Below are positions 28,843 to 39,279 of a DNA stretch of 64,000 nt, piece by piece (position 1 is the first letter of the stretch; each line of letters starts with the position of its first letter). The notes under the pieces were generated by a model that worked only from the letters and a program-made list of their open reading frames with translations, searched no databases and had not been told where the DNA came from. The translations under genes were made by a program, and so were the position numbers. The stretch comes from an uncultured Planctomycetales bacterium (GTDB taxonomy: Bacteria > Omnitrophota > Gorgyraeia > Zapsychrales > JBDRMG01): the NCBI GenBank assembly GCA_964478715.1, contig CAYZIY010000001.1:213196-277195 (forward strand), written 5' to 3'.

Positions 28843-30369
28843 ATGATCCATTCGTCATCATTTCAGCACAATGAATGCCAGAGGCAGGCGATAGAGCATC
28901 CAAATGCCCATCTTCTCATTAGCGCCGGACCGGGAACTGGAAAGACCCATACCTTGACTCACCGGATTGCCTTTATCGCGGCCAGAAATAATGCGATCAA
29001 GAATATTCTGGCGATCACCTTCACCCAAAAAGCCGCCGCAGAGATGAAAAGTCGGCTTAAGACTCTGCTTGGTGATCAGGCTGAACAAATCACCATCGGA
29101 ACATTCCATGCCTTTTGTCATCAGGTGCTCTTGAAATACCAATCACAGACCGCTTTACCTAAGGATTTTTCTATTGCCACACCTTCGCAGATCGAAGAGA
29201 TTACCGGTCAGCTGTGGCCCCAATGGGGCCGGCGTCAGCGGGCAGAGCATTGTCACAAAATCGCCAAAAGTAAATCAGGGATTGGCGGATGCGAAAATCT
29301 GAAAGAAACAAAGCTGTACAATCTTTTTTTAAGAGAACGGAAGCTGATCGATTTTGATGATCTGCTTCAAGAAACCGTTTTATTGCTTGAAAGAAATCCT
29401 TCTGTGCGCAAGGAGATTCGGCAGACACACCGTTTTATTTTTGTTGATGAGTATCAAGACATCAATCCTGTTCAAAGGCAATTACTCAAAATGCTTGTCA
29501 GTCCATCAACATACTTAACGGCGATTGGTGATCCTCACCAGGCAATTTACGGATTCCGGGGAAGTGATGCCCGTGTCTTCGATTCTTTCAAAGAGGATTT
29601 TTCCGATGCTACGGTCATGACGTTGAATGAAAATTACCGCAGCGGTCAGAATATCCTGACGGCTAGTCGTCAAATGTTGTCAAAAAAATCTGAAGGAACT
29701 GTGCCGGAGCTGATCGCCAGAATCTATTCGGAGGGACACTTGATTGTTCATTCAACGGCCAGTGACAAAGCCGAAGCTGAATATGTGGTTTACCGGATTG
29801 AGCAACTAATCGGGGGTATTAGTCATTTTTCAAGGGATTCCGGCCGCACGGATAACAGTGAAAATCAAGAGTACACGTTTGGAGACATCGCCATCTTATT
29901 TCGCCTGCATGCCCAGAAGAAGATTTTGCTTGAAGCTTTGCGGCGAAGCGGCATTCCGGCCACCGAGTGTTTTGGATTTCTGGATCAACCGACAGATAGA
30001 GAAGAATCTTATCGGGACAAAAAAGAAACAGTTTCTCTTTTAACGCTTCATGCGGTCAAAGGGTGTGAGTTTCCGGTTGTTTTCATCGTCGGTTGCGAGG
30101 ACGGCTTGCTGCCTTTACATCTTGAGGATATGGAAGGTGATCCCATAGAGGAGCGCCGTCTTTTTTACGTGGGGATGACCCGGGCCAAAGAGAGATTGTA
30201 TCTGACGCATGCCCGGCGACGTTTTGTTTTCGGTCAGCGTTTGGAAAATCCTGTTTCCCCGTTTGTCGATGATATTCAGGAAAATTTGAAAACCATGGAA
30301 AGACTTCAACAATCGCGTAAAGCTGATAAAATAAAAAAAATTGAAAGCCAGATGAGTCTATTTGAATAG
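28843..30369 (+). CDS. UvrD/Rep-like helicase (short form)
   Basis: AGPGTGKT, VDEYQD, GDPHQAIYGFRG, TLHAVKGCEF, EERRLFYVGMTRA. Confidence 0.9.
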   Translation: MIHSSSFQHNECQRQAIEHPNAHLLISAGPGTGKTHTLTHRIAFIAARNNAIKNILAITFTQKAAAEMKSRLKTLLGDQAEQITIGTFHAFCHQVLLKYQSQTALPKDFSIATPSQIEEITGQLWPQWGRRQRAEHCHKIAKSKSGIGGCENLKETKLYNLFLRERKLIDFDDLLQETVLLLERNPSVRKEIRQTHRFIFVDEYQDINPVQRQLLKMLVSPSTYLTAIGDPHQAIYGFRGSDARVFDSFKEDFSDATVMTLNENYRSGQNILTASRQMLSKKSEGTVPELIARIYSEGHLIVHSTASDKAEAEYVVYRIEQLIGGISHFSRDSGRTDNSENQEYTFGDIAILFRLHAQKKILLEALRRSGIPATECFGFLDQPTDREESYRDKKETVSLLTLHAVKGCEFPVVFIVGCEDGLLPLHLEDMEGDPIEERRLFYVGMTRAKERLYLTHARRRFVFGQRLENPVSPFVDDIQENLKTMERLQQSRKADKIKKIESQMSLFE

Positions 30370-30396
30370 GGTTTGGAAAGAGAAGAGAGATCTATC

Positions 30397-31305
30397 ATGA
30401 AAAGATTTTTTGTTATCTGCGGCGGGATTTATCTTCTTTTTGTTTGTTTAATCTGCGTACTTTTGTCCGTGATGATGGTTGTGGTTCCGGGATCGGAAAG
30501 AGTCGATTTAAACCAGAGCCTTTTGATGCAGATTCTCGGAGCTGTTTTATATGGGTCCCTGGCTGTTCTTTTTGGCGCGATGGCTGTGGGACTTTTTCGT
30601 TTGAAGAATTGGGCAAGAATTGGCACGCTGATCATTTCCTTTCTTGCTCTCTTTTTGGGATTGATCATGATTGCGGCTATGTTTCTTTTTCCCATACCGC
30701 AGACAGTGAGTGCTCGCCAGGGTGTACCAGATATGGGGCAGGTAAGAGCTATTATGAGCACGTTTTCTTTTATTTTCTTTCTTGCGATTCCTCTGGCATA
30801 CATTATTCTTTTGAGTGTTAAATCTATCCGAGTTTTGTTTACCGGGGAAACGACTGAGAACAGCGAGGAAGTTGGGCGGGGCATTCCTTTAGGCATTAAG
30901 ATGATCGGAGCGCTAAATTGCCTTTCCGCATTTAATCTAGTAACAGTTTGGTTTCATCCCGTTTTTTTTAAGATACAAATAGGCCCATTGATTATTGGGG
31001 GAATATGGTCTCGCATTCTTTTTTTTGTAACGAGTCTTGCGACATTCTTTATCGGAATCGGGTTTTTCAAATTAAAAAAATCAGCCTGGATCGGATTTAT
31101 TGCGCTTTCTGTTTATGGGGCATGCATTCTGTTAGCCAACATTATTTTTCTAAATCCAATGATCTTAAAGGAAATCATTCCAGATCAGCAAAAGTCAATA
31201 CCATGGACAGTTGAAAGCCTTAAAGCGCTTTTATCGATAAATCTCATTTGGCAGCTTGCTCTGCTTTGGTATACCATCAAAAAGAAAAAACATTTTACTA
31301 CTTAA
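30397..31305 (+). CDS. Hypothetical multi-TM membrane protein (duplicated halves)
   Basis: About 8 hydrophobic segments; GLFRLKNWAR / GFFKLKKSAW repeat. Confidence 0.7.
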   Translation: MKRFFVICGGIYLLFVCLICVLLSVMMVVVPGSERVDLNQSLLMQILGAVLYGSLAVLFGAMAVGLFRLKNWARIGTLIISFLALFLGLIMIAAMFLFPIPQTVSARQGVPDMGQVRAIMSTFSFIFFLAIPLAYIILLSVKSIRVLFTGETTENSEEVGRGIPLGIKMIGALNCLSAFNLVTVWFHPVFFKIQIGPLIIGGIWSRILFFVTSLATFFIGIGFFKLKKSAWIGFIALSVYGACILLANIIFLNPMILKEIIPDQQKSIPWTVESLKALLSINLIWQLALLWYTIKKKKHFTT

Positions 31306-31321
31306 AAGGAAAGGTAAGAAA

Positions 31322-31837
31322 ATGGCTGAGAAAATGAAGATTGTGATGATTGATGATGAGAAAGATTTATGCTTGATGGTGAAAGATAATTTGGAAGACC
31401 AGGGAAAGTTTGAGGTGGCAACAACTACAGATCCCACTCAAGCCCGGGATTTATGCCTTCAAGAAAAACCGGATATTATTCTTCTGGATATTGTGATGCC
31501 GAAACTCGAGGGCACTCAAGTGATCCGCCTCTTGCGGGAAGATGCGCAGCTTAAAGATACTCCAATTATTGTCTTAAGCGGATTAGGCGAAATGGCCTAT
31601 TCTAAACGGGGCAACAGGTGGAGTTGGCAGCCCAATCAGCCTCTGGTACGCCAACGAAGCGAGAATGTTATCAAGGAACGCAGCACGGATGTGGCCGCCG
31701 AGAAATATGATGTTGAAGCTTATTTGCACAAACCGTTTTCGACTGAGTCTTTGGTTGAGACTCTTCAGAGGGTTTTTAAGGAGCAGCAGAAAAGAAAGCA
31801 ACAGCAGCAGGAAGAAGAGCGTCGTCCCGGTATCTGA
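31322..31837 (+). CDS. Single-domain response regulator with beta4-alpha4 insertion
   Basis: IDDE, LLDIVMP, HKPF. Confidence 0.88.
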   Translation: MAEKMKIVMIDDEKDLCLMVKDNLEDQGKFEVATTTDPTQARDLCLQEKPDIILLDIVMPKLEGTQVIRLLREDAQLKDTPIIVLSGLGEMAYSKRGNRWSWQPNQPLVRQRSENVIKERSTDVAAEKYDVEAYLHKPFSTESLVETLQRVFKEQQKRKQQQQEEERRPGI

Positions 31838-31876
31838 TTCTTTAATTTTGAAATTTCCGTTTTACGGGGATTTGCA

Positions 31877-32356
31877 ATGGATAAAAAAATTCTTGTTGTC
31901 GATGATGAAGCCGAGCTTTGCGAGATGATGCAGCGTGTTTTAGCTAAACGCGGTTACCAGGTCATCGCTACCACAGATTCCAAACAAGCTTTAGATTTAT
32001 GCAAAAGCGAGCTTCCGGATTTGATCATTCTCGATATCATGATGCCGGAGTTAAAAGGCGATGCCGTGATTGAGCTTTTAAAAGGCGATCCGAAGACCCG
32101 GCATATTAAAATCATTGTCGCTAGCGGTCATGGCGAAATGGTTTATGATAGTAAGCAGGACAAGTGGTGCTGGATGCCCAATGAGCCCAATGTGGAAGAT
32201 CACAATGAACGGGTTGATGACCGTTGGCCTTCCCGGGCGGCGGAAGCATTGGGCGCGCAGCATTATCTCAAGAAACCTTTTATGCCCGTAACGCTTTTGT
32301 CTGTTGTGAAGGATGTTTTAGCGAAGAAATCCGACGAGCAACAAGACGATCAATAA
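31877..32356 (+). CDS. Single-domain response regulator with beta4-alpha4 insertion
   Basis: VDDE, ILDIMMP, KKPF. Confidence 0.88.
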   Translation: MDKKILVVDDEAELCEMMQRVLAKRGYQVIATTDSKQALDLCKSELPDLIILDIMMPELKGDAVIELLKGDPKTRHIKIIVASGHGEMVYDSKQDKWCWMPNEPNVEDHNERVDDRWPSRAAEALGAQHYLKKPFMPVTLLSVVKDVLAKKSDEQQDDQ

Positions 32357-35300
32357 GCCAGTTGGGCGCCGATATTTTTCTCCACTTTTTTAATCGGCAT
32401 CTTTAAACGCTTGGCATAATCTTTCACCTGGTCTTTACCGATTTTTCCCAGAGAAAAGTAACACGACTGCGGATGGGAAAAATAGAATCCGCAGATGCTG
32501 GCAGCCGGTCTCATCATGCAGGTTGTGGTAAGCTTGATTTTGGTTTGCTTCGATCCTCCTAAAAGTTTGAGGATCGAATTTTTTTGAGTATGATCGGGGC
32601 AGGCGGGATATCCCGGGGCCGGACGAATACCTTGATAGCGTGTTTGCCAGAGGTCTTTTTTACTCAGATTTTCTTTTTTGGCATATCCCCAAAGCTGTTT
32701 GCGGACTATTTCGTGAAGCTTTTCGGCAAAGGCTTCAGCGAGACGGTCGGCCAGAGATTTAAGAAGGATGCTTCGGTAGTCATCATTATCTTTTTGAAAA
32801 AATTTAAGTGATTTTTCAATCTTCAAACCTGTTGTGACCGCGAATAAGCCGAGAGTATCGTAAAGACCGGAATGTTTAGGTGCAATGAAATCGGACAGAC
32901 ACAAAAGGGGATGATCAGAATCTTTAAGATATTGTTGGCGTAAAAAGGCAAAACGGACCGCAAAGCGATCCGTTTTGCCTTTGGGATAAACCCACACATC
33001 GTCCTGTTTGCTATTAGCTTGAAAGAAGCCGACCGTACCTTTGATCGTTAGCAAATTTTTCTTCACGATGTCGTTTAGCATTTCCTGAGCATCCTGAAAA
33101 AGGGCTTGAGCCGCTTTGGCGCTGGGCCCCTTGCTTAAAAGAGCGGGGTAAACGCCTCTTAATTCCCAAGCATGAAAGAAAGGAGTCCAGTTAATGTAGC
33201 TGATTAAGTCCGAAAGACGGATGCAATGAACGGATTTTGCTCCATAAAACGTCGGGACTGGAATGTCTGCTTTCTGCCAGTCGATCTTGATTATTTTTGA
33301 GCGGGCGTTTTTAAGCGGAATCAGCTGCTTCTGGGCCTGGGATTTTTCATAATTCTGATACAGGTGTTCGTACTGTGCCGAGACGGTTTTGATGAATTCT
33401 TCTTTCTTGCCGGGATCAATTAGCTTGGATGCAATTGTTGCTGAGAGAGAAGCGTCTTTGACATGTACCGCAAATCCACGGTAGTCTTTGGCTATTTTAA
33501 TCGCCGTATATTGTGGGCTGGTTGTAGCTCCGCCGATCAAAAGCGGAATGCGTAATCCTTGATTCTGCATTTTTTGGGCGACTCGACTCATTTCTTCTAA
33601 AGAAGGAGTGATTAAGCCGCTGAGGCCCACCAGATCAACATTTCTTTTGCGTGCTGCTTCCACAATTTTGTCTCCGGGAACCATAATTCCTAAGTCAATG
33701 ACAACAAAATTATTACACGCCAGAACAACGCCGGCGATATTTTTCCCGATATCATGCACATCTCCTTTAACAGTTGCCAATAAGATTTTTCCGGCAGGCT
33801 TGTTCTTTGATTTGGTTTTATGTTGTTCCATGTGAGGCTGAAGATAACCGACCGCTTTTTTCATGACCCGTGCGCTCTTGATCACCTGGGGTAAAAACAT
33901 TTTGCCACAACCAAAAAGCTCACCGACTTTTTTCATCCCATCCATCAAAGGGCCTTCGATGATACGTAAAGGATTCTTGATTTTTGTGCAGGTTTCGTCC
34001 AAATCCTTTTCAATAAAATCGACAGTGCCTTTGATCAGGGCATGCGTAAGACGCTTTTCAACAGGGAGTTTGCGCCAACTCAATTCTTTTTTAGATGAAG
34101 TTTTTTGGGATTCCATTTCTTGCGTCAATGCAATGAGGCGGTCCGTGGCATCGGGTCGGCGGTCAAAATAAACATCCTCAATGCGTTGTCGAATATTTTT
34201 GGGGATTTTGTCATAAACGGTTGTTATGCCGGGATTGACGATTCCCATATCCAAACCGTTTTTGATGGCGTGAAAAAGGAAAATCGAATGCATGGCCTCC
34301 CGGATGGTATTATGCCCGCGCAGGGCAAAAGAAACATTACTGATCCCGCCGCTGACCAGTGCGCCGGGGCAGGACTTTTTGATTTCTTTGACGGCCTTAA
34401 AAAAATCAAGGGCGCATCGGTTATGTTCTTTCATTCCCGTTGCAACCGTTAGAACATTGGGATCAAAAATAATATCTTCGGCCGGAAATTCAAGGTCCTT
34501 GTGCAGCAAACGGTAGGCTCTTTTGCAAATTTCGACTTTACGTTTGGCCGATGTCGCCTGTCCTTTTTCATCAAAGGCCATGACCACAACTGCCGCGCCC
34601 AAGCGTTTGATCAGGCGGGCCTGTTGTTTAAAATTCTCCTCTCCCTCTTTAAGGCTGATCGAATTGACAATGCTTTTTCCTTGCGCGCATTTCAGGCCGC
34701 CTTCAATGACATCAAACCGGGACGAGTCGATCATGAGGGGCACCCGGGCAATGTCGGGTTCGGCAGACAATAATCGCAGAAAACGGACCATGGTTTTTCG
34801 GGAATCCAGGAGAGGTTCATCCATATTCACATCAATCACCTGGGCACCAGCTTCTACTTGTTGACGCGCGATAGAGAGGGCCTGTTCAAATTTTTCCTCA
34901 ACGATCAGGTTTCTGAATTTCTTCGAACCGGCCACATTAGTGCGTTCGCCGATATTAACGAAGTTTGCCTTGGAGCCGATGACAAGCGGTTCGAGTCCGC
35001 TGAAGGCGGGTCTTTTTATTGGAGACTTAGGCGATCGCGGAGGAATGTTTCTGAGCTTATCCGCGATCGCCCGAATATGATCCGGCCGTGTGCCGCAACA
35101 ACCGCCAACTAAATTGACAAGTCCCTTTGCGGCAAATTCTTCAAGGAATTTTGCCATCTGTTTTGGCGATTGATCATAAGCTCCCAGCTCATTGGGCAAT
35201 CCGGCATTAGGATAACAGCTGACAAAGCAGGGCACCAGCCCGGAGAGTTCTTCGATGAAAGGGCGCATATCTTTAGCTCCGGAAGCGCAATTCAAGCCAA

Positions 35301-36033
35301 TAGCAAGCGGGCGGGTATGCGCAACGGAAATCCAGAAGGCTTCGATGGTCTGGCCGGAAAGATTGCGTCCGCTTTTATCGGCTACCGTAGCAGAGATGAT
35401 AATAGGAACTGCTCGATTTTCTTTCTGGAAGACACTTTCTATGGCAAAGAGAGCTGCTTTGCAGTTGAGAGTATCAAAGACAGTCTCAACCAAAAATAGA
35501 TCAATTCCCCCTGCCAGTAATCCACGGGCCTGCTCACTGTAAGCCAGGACCAATTCATCGAAAGTAACATTGCGCCGGGATGGATCATCTACATCGGGAG
35601 AAAGCGTGGCACTGCGGTTGGTCGGGCCCATCGATCCGGCGACAAAACGGGGTTTCTTTTTGTCTTTTTGGGAATAAAAAGCGGCCGCTTTGACGGCTAT
35701 TTTGGCGGATGCCTGGTTAATCTCAAAAACATGATCCTGAAGCTGGTAATCGGATAAACTTAAAGAGGTGGCATTAAAGCTATTGGTTTCAATAATATCA
35801 GCATCGGCATCTAGATAATCTCGATGAATTGCTTCGATGATTTTTGGCTGAGTCAGACACAGAACATCGTGGCACCCAATTAACGGAACGGGATGATTGA
35901 TAAAACGCTCACCGCGATAGGCCTGCTCATCGAGTCGACGGGTCTGGATTTCGGTTCCTGTTGCTCCGTCCAAAATAACGATGCGTTCTTTCAAGATGGA
36001 AAAGAGGGGGTGATTATTCTTTTCTTTGTTCAT
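32350..36033 (-). CDS. metH: B12-dependent methionine synthase
   Basis: LDGATGT, GGCCGT, GERTN, GDVHDIG, RPAPGYP; start set at ATG 36033. Confidence 0.96.
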   Translation of the reverse strand: MNKEKNNHPLFSILKERIVILDGATGTEIQTRRLDEQAYRGERFINHPVPLIGCHDVLCLTQPKIIEAIHRDYLDADADIIETNSFNATSLSLSDYQLQDHVFEINQASAKIAVKAAAFYSQKDKKKPRFVAGSMGPTNRSATLSPDVDDPSRRNVTFDELVLAYSEQARGLLAGGIDLFLVETVFDTLNCKAALFAIESVFQKENRAVPIIISATVADKSGRNLSGQTIEAFWISVAHTRPLAIGLNCASGAKDMRPFIEELSGLVPCFVSCYPNAGLPNELGAYDQSPKQMAKFLEEFAAKGLVNLVGGCCGTRPDHIRAIADKLRNIPPRSPKSPIKRPAFSGLEPLVIGSKANFVNIGERTNVAGSKKFRNLIVEEKFEQALSIARQQVEAGAQVIDVNMDEPLLDSRKTMVRFLRLLSAEPDIARVPLMIDSSRFDVIEGGLKCAQGKSIVNSISLKEGEENFKQQARLIKRLGAAVVVMAFDEKGQATSAKRKVEICKRAYRLLHKDLEFPAEDIIFDPNVLTVATGMKEHNRCALDFFKAVKEIKKSCPGALVSGGISNVSFALRGHNTIREAMHSIFLFHAIKNGLDMGIVNPGITTVYDKIPKNIRQRIEDVYFDRRPDATDRLIALTQEMESQKTSSKKELSWRKLPVEKRLTHALIKGTVDFIEKDLDETCTKIKNPLRIIEGPLMDGMKKVGELFGCGKMFLPQVIKSARVMKKAVGYLQPHMEQHKTKSKNKPAGKILLATVKGDVHDIGKNIAGVVLACNNFVVIDLGIMVPGDKIVEAARKRNVDLVGLSGLITPSLEEMSRVAQKMQNQGLRIPLLIGGATTSPQYTAIKIAKDYRGFAVHVKDASLSATIASKLIDPGKKEEFIKTVSAQYEHLYQNYEKSQAQKQLIPLKNARSKIIKIDWQKADIPVPTFYGAKSVHCIRLSDLISYINWTPFFHAWELRGVYPALLSKGPSAKAAQALFQDAQEMLNDIVKKNLLTIKGTVGFFQANSKQDDVWVYPKGKTDRFAVRFAFLRQQYLKDSDHPLLCLSDFIAPKHSGLYDTLGLFAVTTGLKIEKSLKFFQKDNDDYRSILLKSLADRLAEAFAEKLHEIVRKQLWGYAKKENLSKKDLWQTRYQGIRPAPGYPACPDHTQKNSILKLLGGSKQTKIKLTTTCMMRPAASICGFYFSHPQSCYFSLGKIGKDQVKDYAKRLKMPIKKVEKNIGAQLAY

Positions 36034-36040
36034 CACTATC

Positions 36041-36069
36041 AGAGTAGATGAAAAAAATCTGGTTGTCAA
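36041..36069 (-). promoter_or_regulatory. metH promoter, leaderless-type
   Basis: TTGACA-17-TACTCT; ATG after 7 nt; no SD. Confidence 0.65.
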
Positions 36070-36197
36070 TTGCGGAAGTTATTTTCAGGCGTCAGGTATC
36101 AGCTGACATTTAAGACTCTTTTTTAGTGGTTTATCGTGTCTCTTCAAAAATTTCCAAGGATGTGCTATGATTCTTTTGCCTAAAAGGGGAGTCTGTC

Positions 36198-36872
36198 ATG
36201 CAACTAACCGGAAGCTGGGTTGATTATGTCATTGTTTTTTGGGCTGGCGTTTTAGTCAGTTTCTCACCATGTATCTATCCTCTGATTCCGATCACCGCAT
36301 CCTTTATCGGGGGTGTGAATCCTCGTCAATCAAAGTTTTTCGGATTTTTTGTCTCCGTGATTTATGTTTTTGGCCTGGCTGTTTCCTACAGCGCTTTGGC
36401 CGTTGTGGCGGCTTTAACCGGACGCTTTTTCGGTGATATTCAAAATCATCCTGTTGTTTATTTTATTATTTCCGGTTTTCTTTTTTTCTTCGGCTTAACC
36501 ATGCTTCATGTCATTCCCCTGGGGATGATCGGATTGGATTTTAAAAAGAAGATCAAGATTCAAAACACCTGGTCGGTTCTTGTCTTTGGAATGGCGGCCG
36601 GTCTCATTGTCAGCCCCTGCACAGCGCCTATTTTGGGGACGATCTTGCTCTACATTTCCTCTAAGCAAAATATCATTCATGCGGTCAGCCTGATGTTTGT
36701 TTTCTCTTATGGTGTGGGTTTTCTTCTGATTATTGTCGGAACTTTCTCTGGTTTGCTCAGCGGCCTGCCAAAGTCCGGCGCCTGGATGAATTTCGTCCGA
36801 TATCTTTGCGCTACTGTTTTATTTCTGGCAGCGAGCTATTTTCTGATTAAGGGAATCCGCCTGATGATTTGA
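36198..36872 (+). CDS. CcdA/DsbD transmembrane thiol-disulfide transporter
   Basis: SFSPCIYPLIP, SPCTAP, PKSGAWM. Confidence 0.9.
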   Translation: MQLTGSWVDYVIVFWAGVLVSFSPCIYPLIPITASFIGGVNPRQSKFFGFFVSVIYVFGLAVSYSALAVVAALTGRFFGDIQNHPVVYFIISGFLFFFGLTMLHVIPLGMIGLDFKKKIKIQNTWSVLVFGMAAGLIVSPCTAPILGTILLYISSKQNIIHAVSLMFVFSYGVGFLLIIVGTFSGLLSGLPKSGAWMNFVRYLCATVLFLAASYFLIKGIRLMI

Positions 36873-36936
36873 ATCGCAAAAACAAGATTTCTCCCCTTTA
36901 GTGAATAGACTTTTGCTATAATAACGTCGGTGCCTC

Positions 36937-39267
36937 ATGAAAGATTTATACGCTAAATATACTTCTGACGATCTTTGGTGTATCAAAGAAAACGAATTTC
37001 AGAAGAGCCTTCAAAATGTTCGCGAAAGCCAGTTCTGCATCGGAAACGGTTTTTGCGCAACACGCGGTGTTTGTGAAGAGATTCCCCCCGGAGCTCGTCC
37101 CGGAACCTATCTGGCCGGACTCTTTGATCATATGACCGCCCAGGTAGCCGAGCTGGTCAATTTTCCCAATCCTTTTCATGTGAAATTCACCGTTAACGGG
37201 GAGAAACTGGGGGTTGTTTCTATGGATGTCAATCAGCATGACCGGGCTTTAAATATGCACGATGGCCTTTTGATGCGTCGCACCATCTATTCAGATAGCC
37301 GAAAAAGACGCTACAGTTATCAGTCTCTTCGTTTTTTGTCGATGGCCCGAAAGAATATGGGTGTGATGCAAGTGGCCCTAACCGCTTTGGACGCCGATGC
37401 TACCGCTGAATTGCAAACAGGCGTTGATACCTCGGTTTATAACAGCGGTGTTGTCACCGAAGGAAACAAGAAACACTTTCGCGTCAAGGAGATCGCTCAA
37501 GAAAACAATTCTTCTTTTTTAAGCGTGCAAACCTACGAAAAGAAACATATCGTTATTTACCGCAGCGGATTCTATTATACGGATGGCGGAAAAAAAATAT
37601 TTTCCGACGATAATATTATCCGCCTCAAGTTGAAAAAGAAAAGGACGCTTATCCTGACGATTGTTTTTACGGTTCACGCCTTAGGTTATGATGCGCAAGA
37701 GTATAAAAAAATGAAAGCTCTCTCCAAAAAAGAGTTTTCCAAAGTTTTTCGACTTCAGTTCCAAAATCATTTGAATCAGCATATACGTTTCTGGCGCGAT
37801 CTGTGGACTATTGCGGATGTCAAGATTGAAGGCACGGCCAATATTCAGAAAAATTTGCGGTTTAATATTTACCATATGATTATTTGCGGTCATTGGGATA
37901 AGGGATTATCTAGTATCGGCGCACGGACGTTAAGCGGGGAAGGCTATCGCGGTCATGTTTTTTGGGATACAGAGATTTTTATGCTGCCTTTTTATGCCGC
38001 TGTCATGCCGGACGTCGCCAAGAATATGCTCATCTATCGATATAAAAGATTAGAGAAAGCCCGCCAGATTGCGTTGGAAAATGGGTATCGGGGAGCTATG
38101 TTTCCCTGGGAATCTGCCGATAGCGGTGTTGATGAAACCCCGCAGTGGGCAAAAGACTTAGACGGCAAGATTATCAAGATCAAAACCAATCAGCTTGAGC
38201 AGCATATCACGGCTGATATCGCTTATGCCTGTCATCATTATTTTCTGATGACAGCCGATCAGGAATTTATGTTCGGGATGGGTTATGAAATCATTGTCGA
38301 GGCAGCACGTTTTTGGGCCTCTCGTGTTGAGCAAAACAAAAGCAGGAAATACGAAATTCGTGATGTCATCGGGCCTGACGAGTTTCATATTCATGTCAAT
38401 AATAATGCCTATACGAATTTGATGGCCAAATGGAATTTATTAACGGCCTATAAATTGGCCGGAGATATCCAAAAAGACGATCCGCGCCATTGGCGCAAAA
38501 TCAAAGACAAGATCAATATAACCAAAAAAGAAATTGCTCGCTGGAAACACATCGCTCCTCGAATCGTTTGCAATATTCGAAAGGATAAAGTTATTGAGCA
38601 ATTTGACGGATTCTTCAAAAAGAAACATATCGAAATCATCAATTTTGATGAAAACTTTCTGCCCCTTCTTCCGGATGGGATCCAAGTTCAGGATTATAAT
38701 AAGACACAATTCGTCAAACAGGCCGATGTGCTGATGGTTTTGTATCTTTTGGGGGATTATTTTTCATTTAAAACAAAACAGAGTAATTTTTATTATTATG
38801 TAGATCGCACGCTTCATAAATCGTCCCTGTCGCCTGCTATACATTGCTTGATGGCACTGGATGTTTCTTCGATGGGGCGGGCTTATCAGTTTTTTAACGT
38901 GTCATTACGCGCCGATACCAGTAATTTGCACGGCAATACCCATGAGGGTGTGCACGCGGCTTCCCTGGGCGGAACCTGGCAGGCGGTCGTAAACGGGTTT
39001 GCCGGCATTCAAATAAAAAACGGAATTTTAAGCATCTCTCCGAGGATGCCCAAGACCTGGGGGAGAATTAAATGCGCTTACCATTTTCTCGGCCAGCTCT
39101 ACAAAATTGAAACCCAAAACCATCAGGTAAAGATCAGAATTTGCGGCAAAAGAAAAAGGAAGGTCAAGATTTTGGCCTTTGGCAAGTTGAGAACTGTTTC
39201 GTCTAATCGCGATTATGTTTTTAAACGCGTGAGAGTCTGCAAAAGTCAAAGAAATTCCTATCTCTAA
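36937..39267 (+). CDS. GH65 alpha-glucoside phosphorylase/hydrolase
   Basis: GEGYRGHVFWDTE, GAMFPWES, GPDEFH, KQAD, HKSSLS. Confidence 0.92.
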   Translation: MKDLYAKYTSDDLWCIKENEFQKSLQNVRESQFCIGNGFCATRGVCEEIPPGARPGTYLAGLFDHMTAQVAELVNFPNPFHVKFTVNGEKLGVVSMDVNQHDRALNMHDGLLMRRTIYSDSRKRRYSYQSLRFLSMARKNMGVMQVALTALDADATAELQTGVDTSVYNSGVVTEGNKKHFRVKEIAQENNSSFLSVQTYEKKHIVIYRSGFYYTDGGKKIFSDDNIIRLKLKKKRTLILTIVFTVHALGYDAQEYKKMKALSKKEFSKVFRLQFQNHLNQHIRFWRDLWTIADVKIEGTANIQKNLRFNIYHMIICGHWDKGLSSIGARTLSGEGYRGHVFWDTEIFMLPFYAAVMPDVAKNMLIYRYKRLEKARQIALENGYRGAMFPWESADSGVDETPQWAKDLDGKIIKIKTNQLEQHITADIAYACHHYFLMTADQEFMFGMGYEIIVEAARFWASRVEQNKSRKYEIRDVIGPDEFHIHVNNNAYTNLMAKWNLLTAYKLAGDIQKDDPRHWRKIKDKINITKKEIARWKHIAPRIVCNIRKDKVIEQFDGFFKKKHIEIINFDENFLPLLPDGIQVQDYNKTQFVKQADVLMVLYLLGDYFSFKTKQSNFYYYVDRTLHKSSLSPAIHCLMALDVSSMGRAYQFFNVSLRADTSNLHGNTHEGVHAASLGGTWQAVVNGFAGIQIKNGILSISPRMPKTWGRIKCAYHFLGQLYKIETQNHQVKIRICGKRKRKVKILAFGKLRTVSSNRDYVFKRVRVCKSQRNSYL

Positions 39268-39279
39268 AGGCGGGTGGTT

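Noticed and set aside
32584-35542. Multiple plus-strand ORFs inside metH
   Set aside because: Antisense shadows with no motifs or RBS
36034-36197. SAM or cobalamin riboswitch before metH
   Set aside because: The promoter abuts the start codon, leaving no leader
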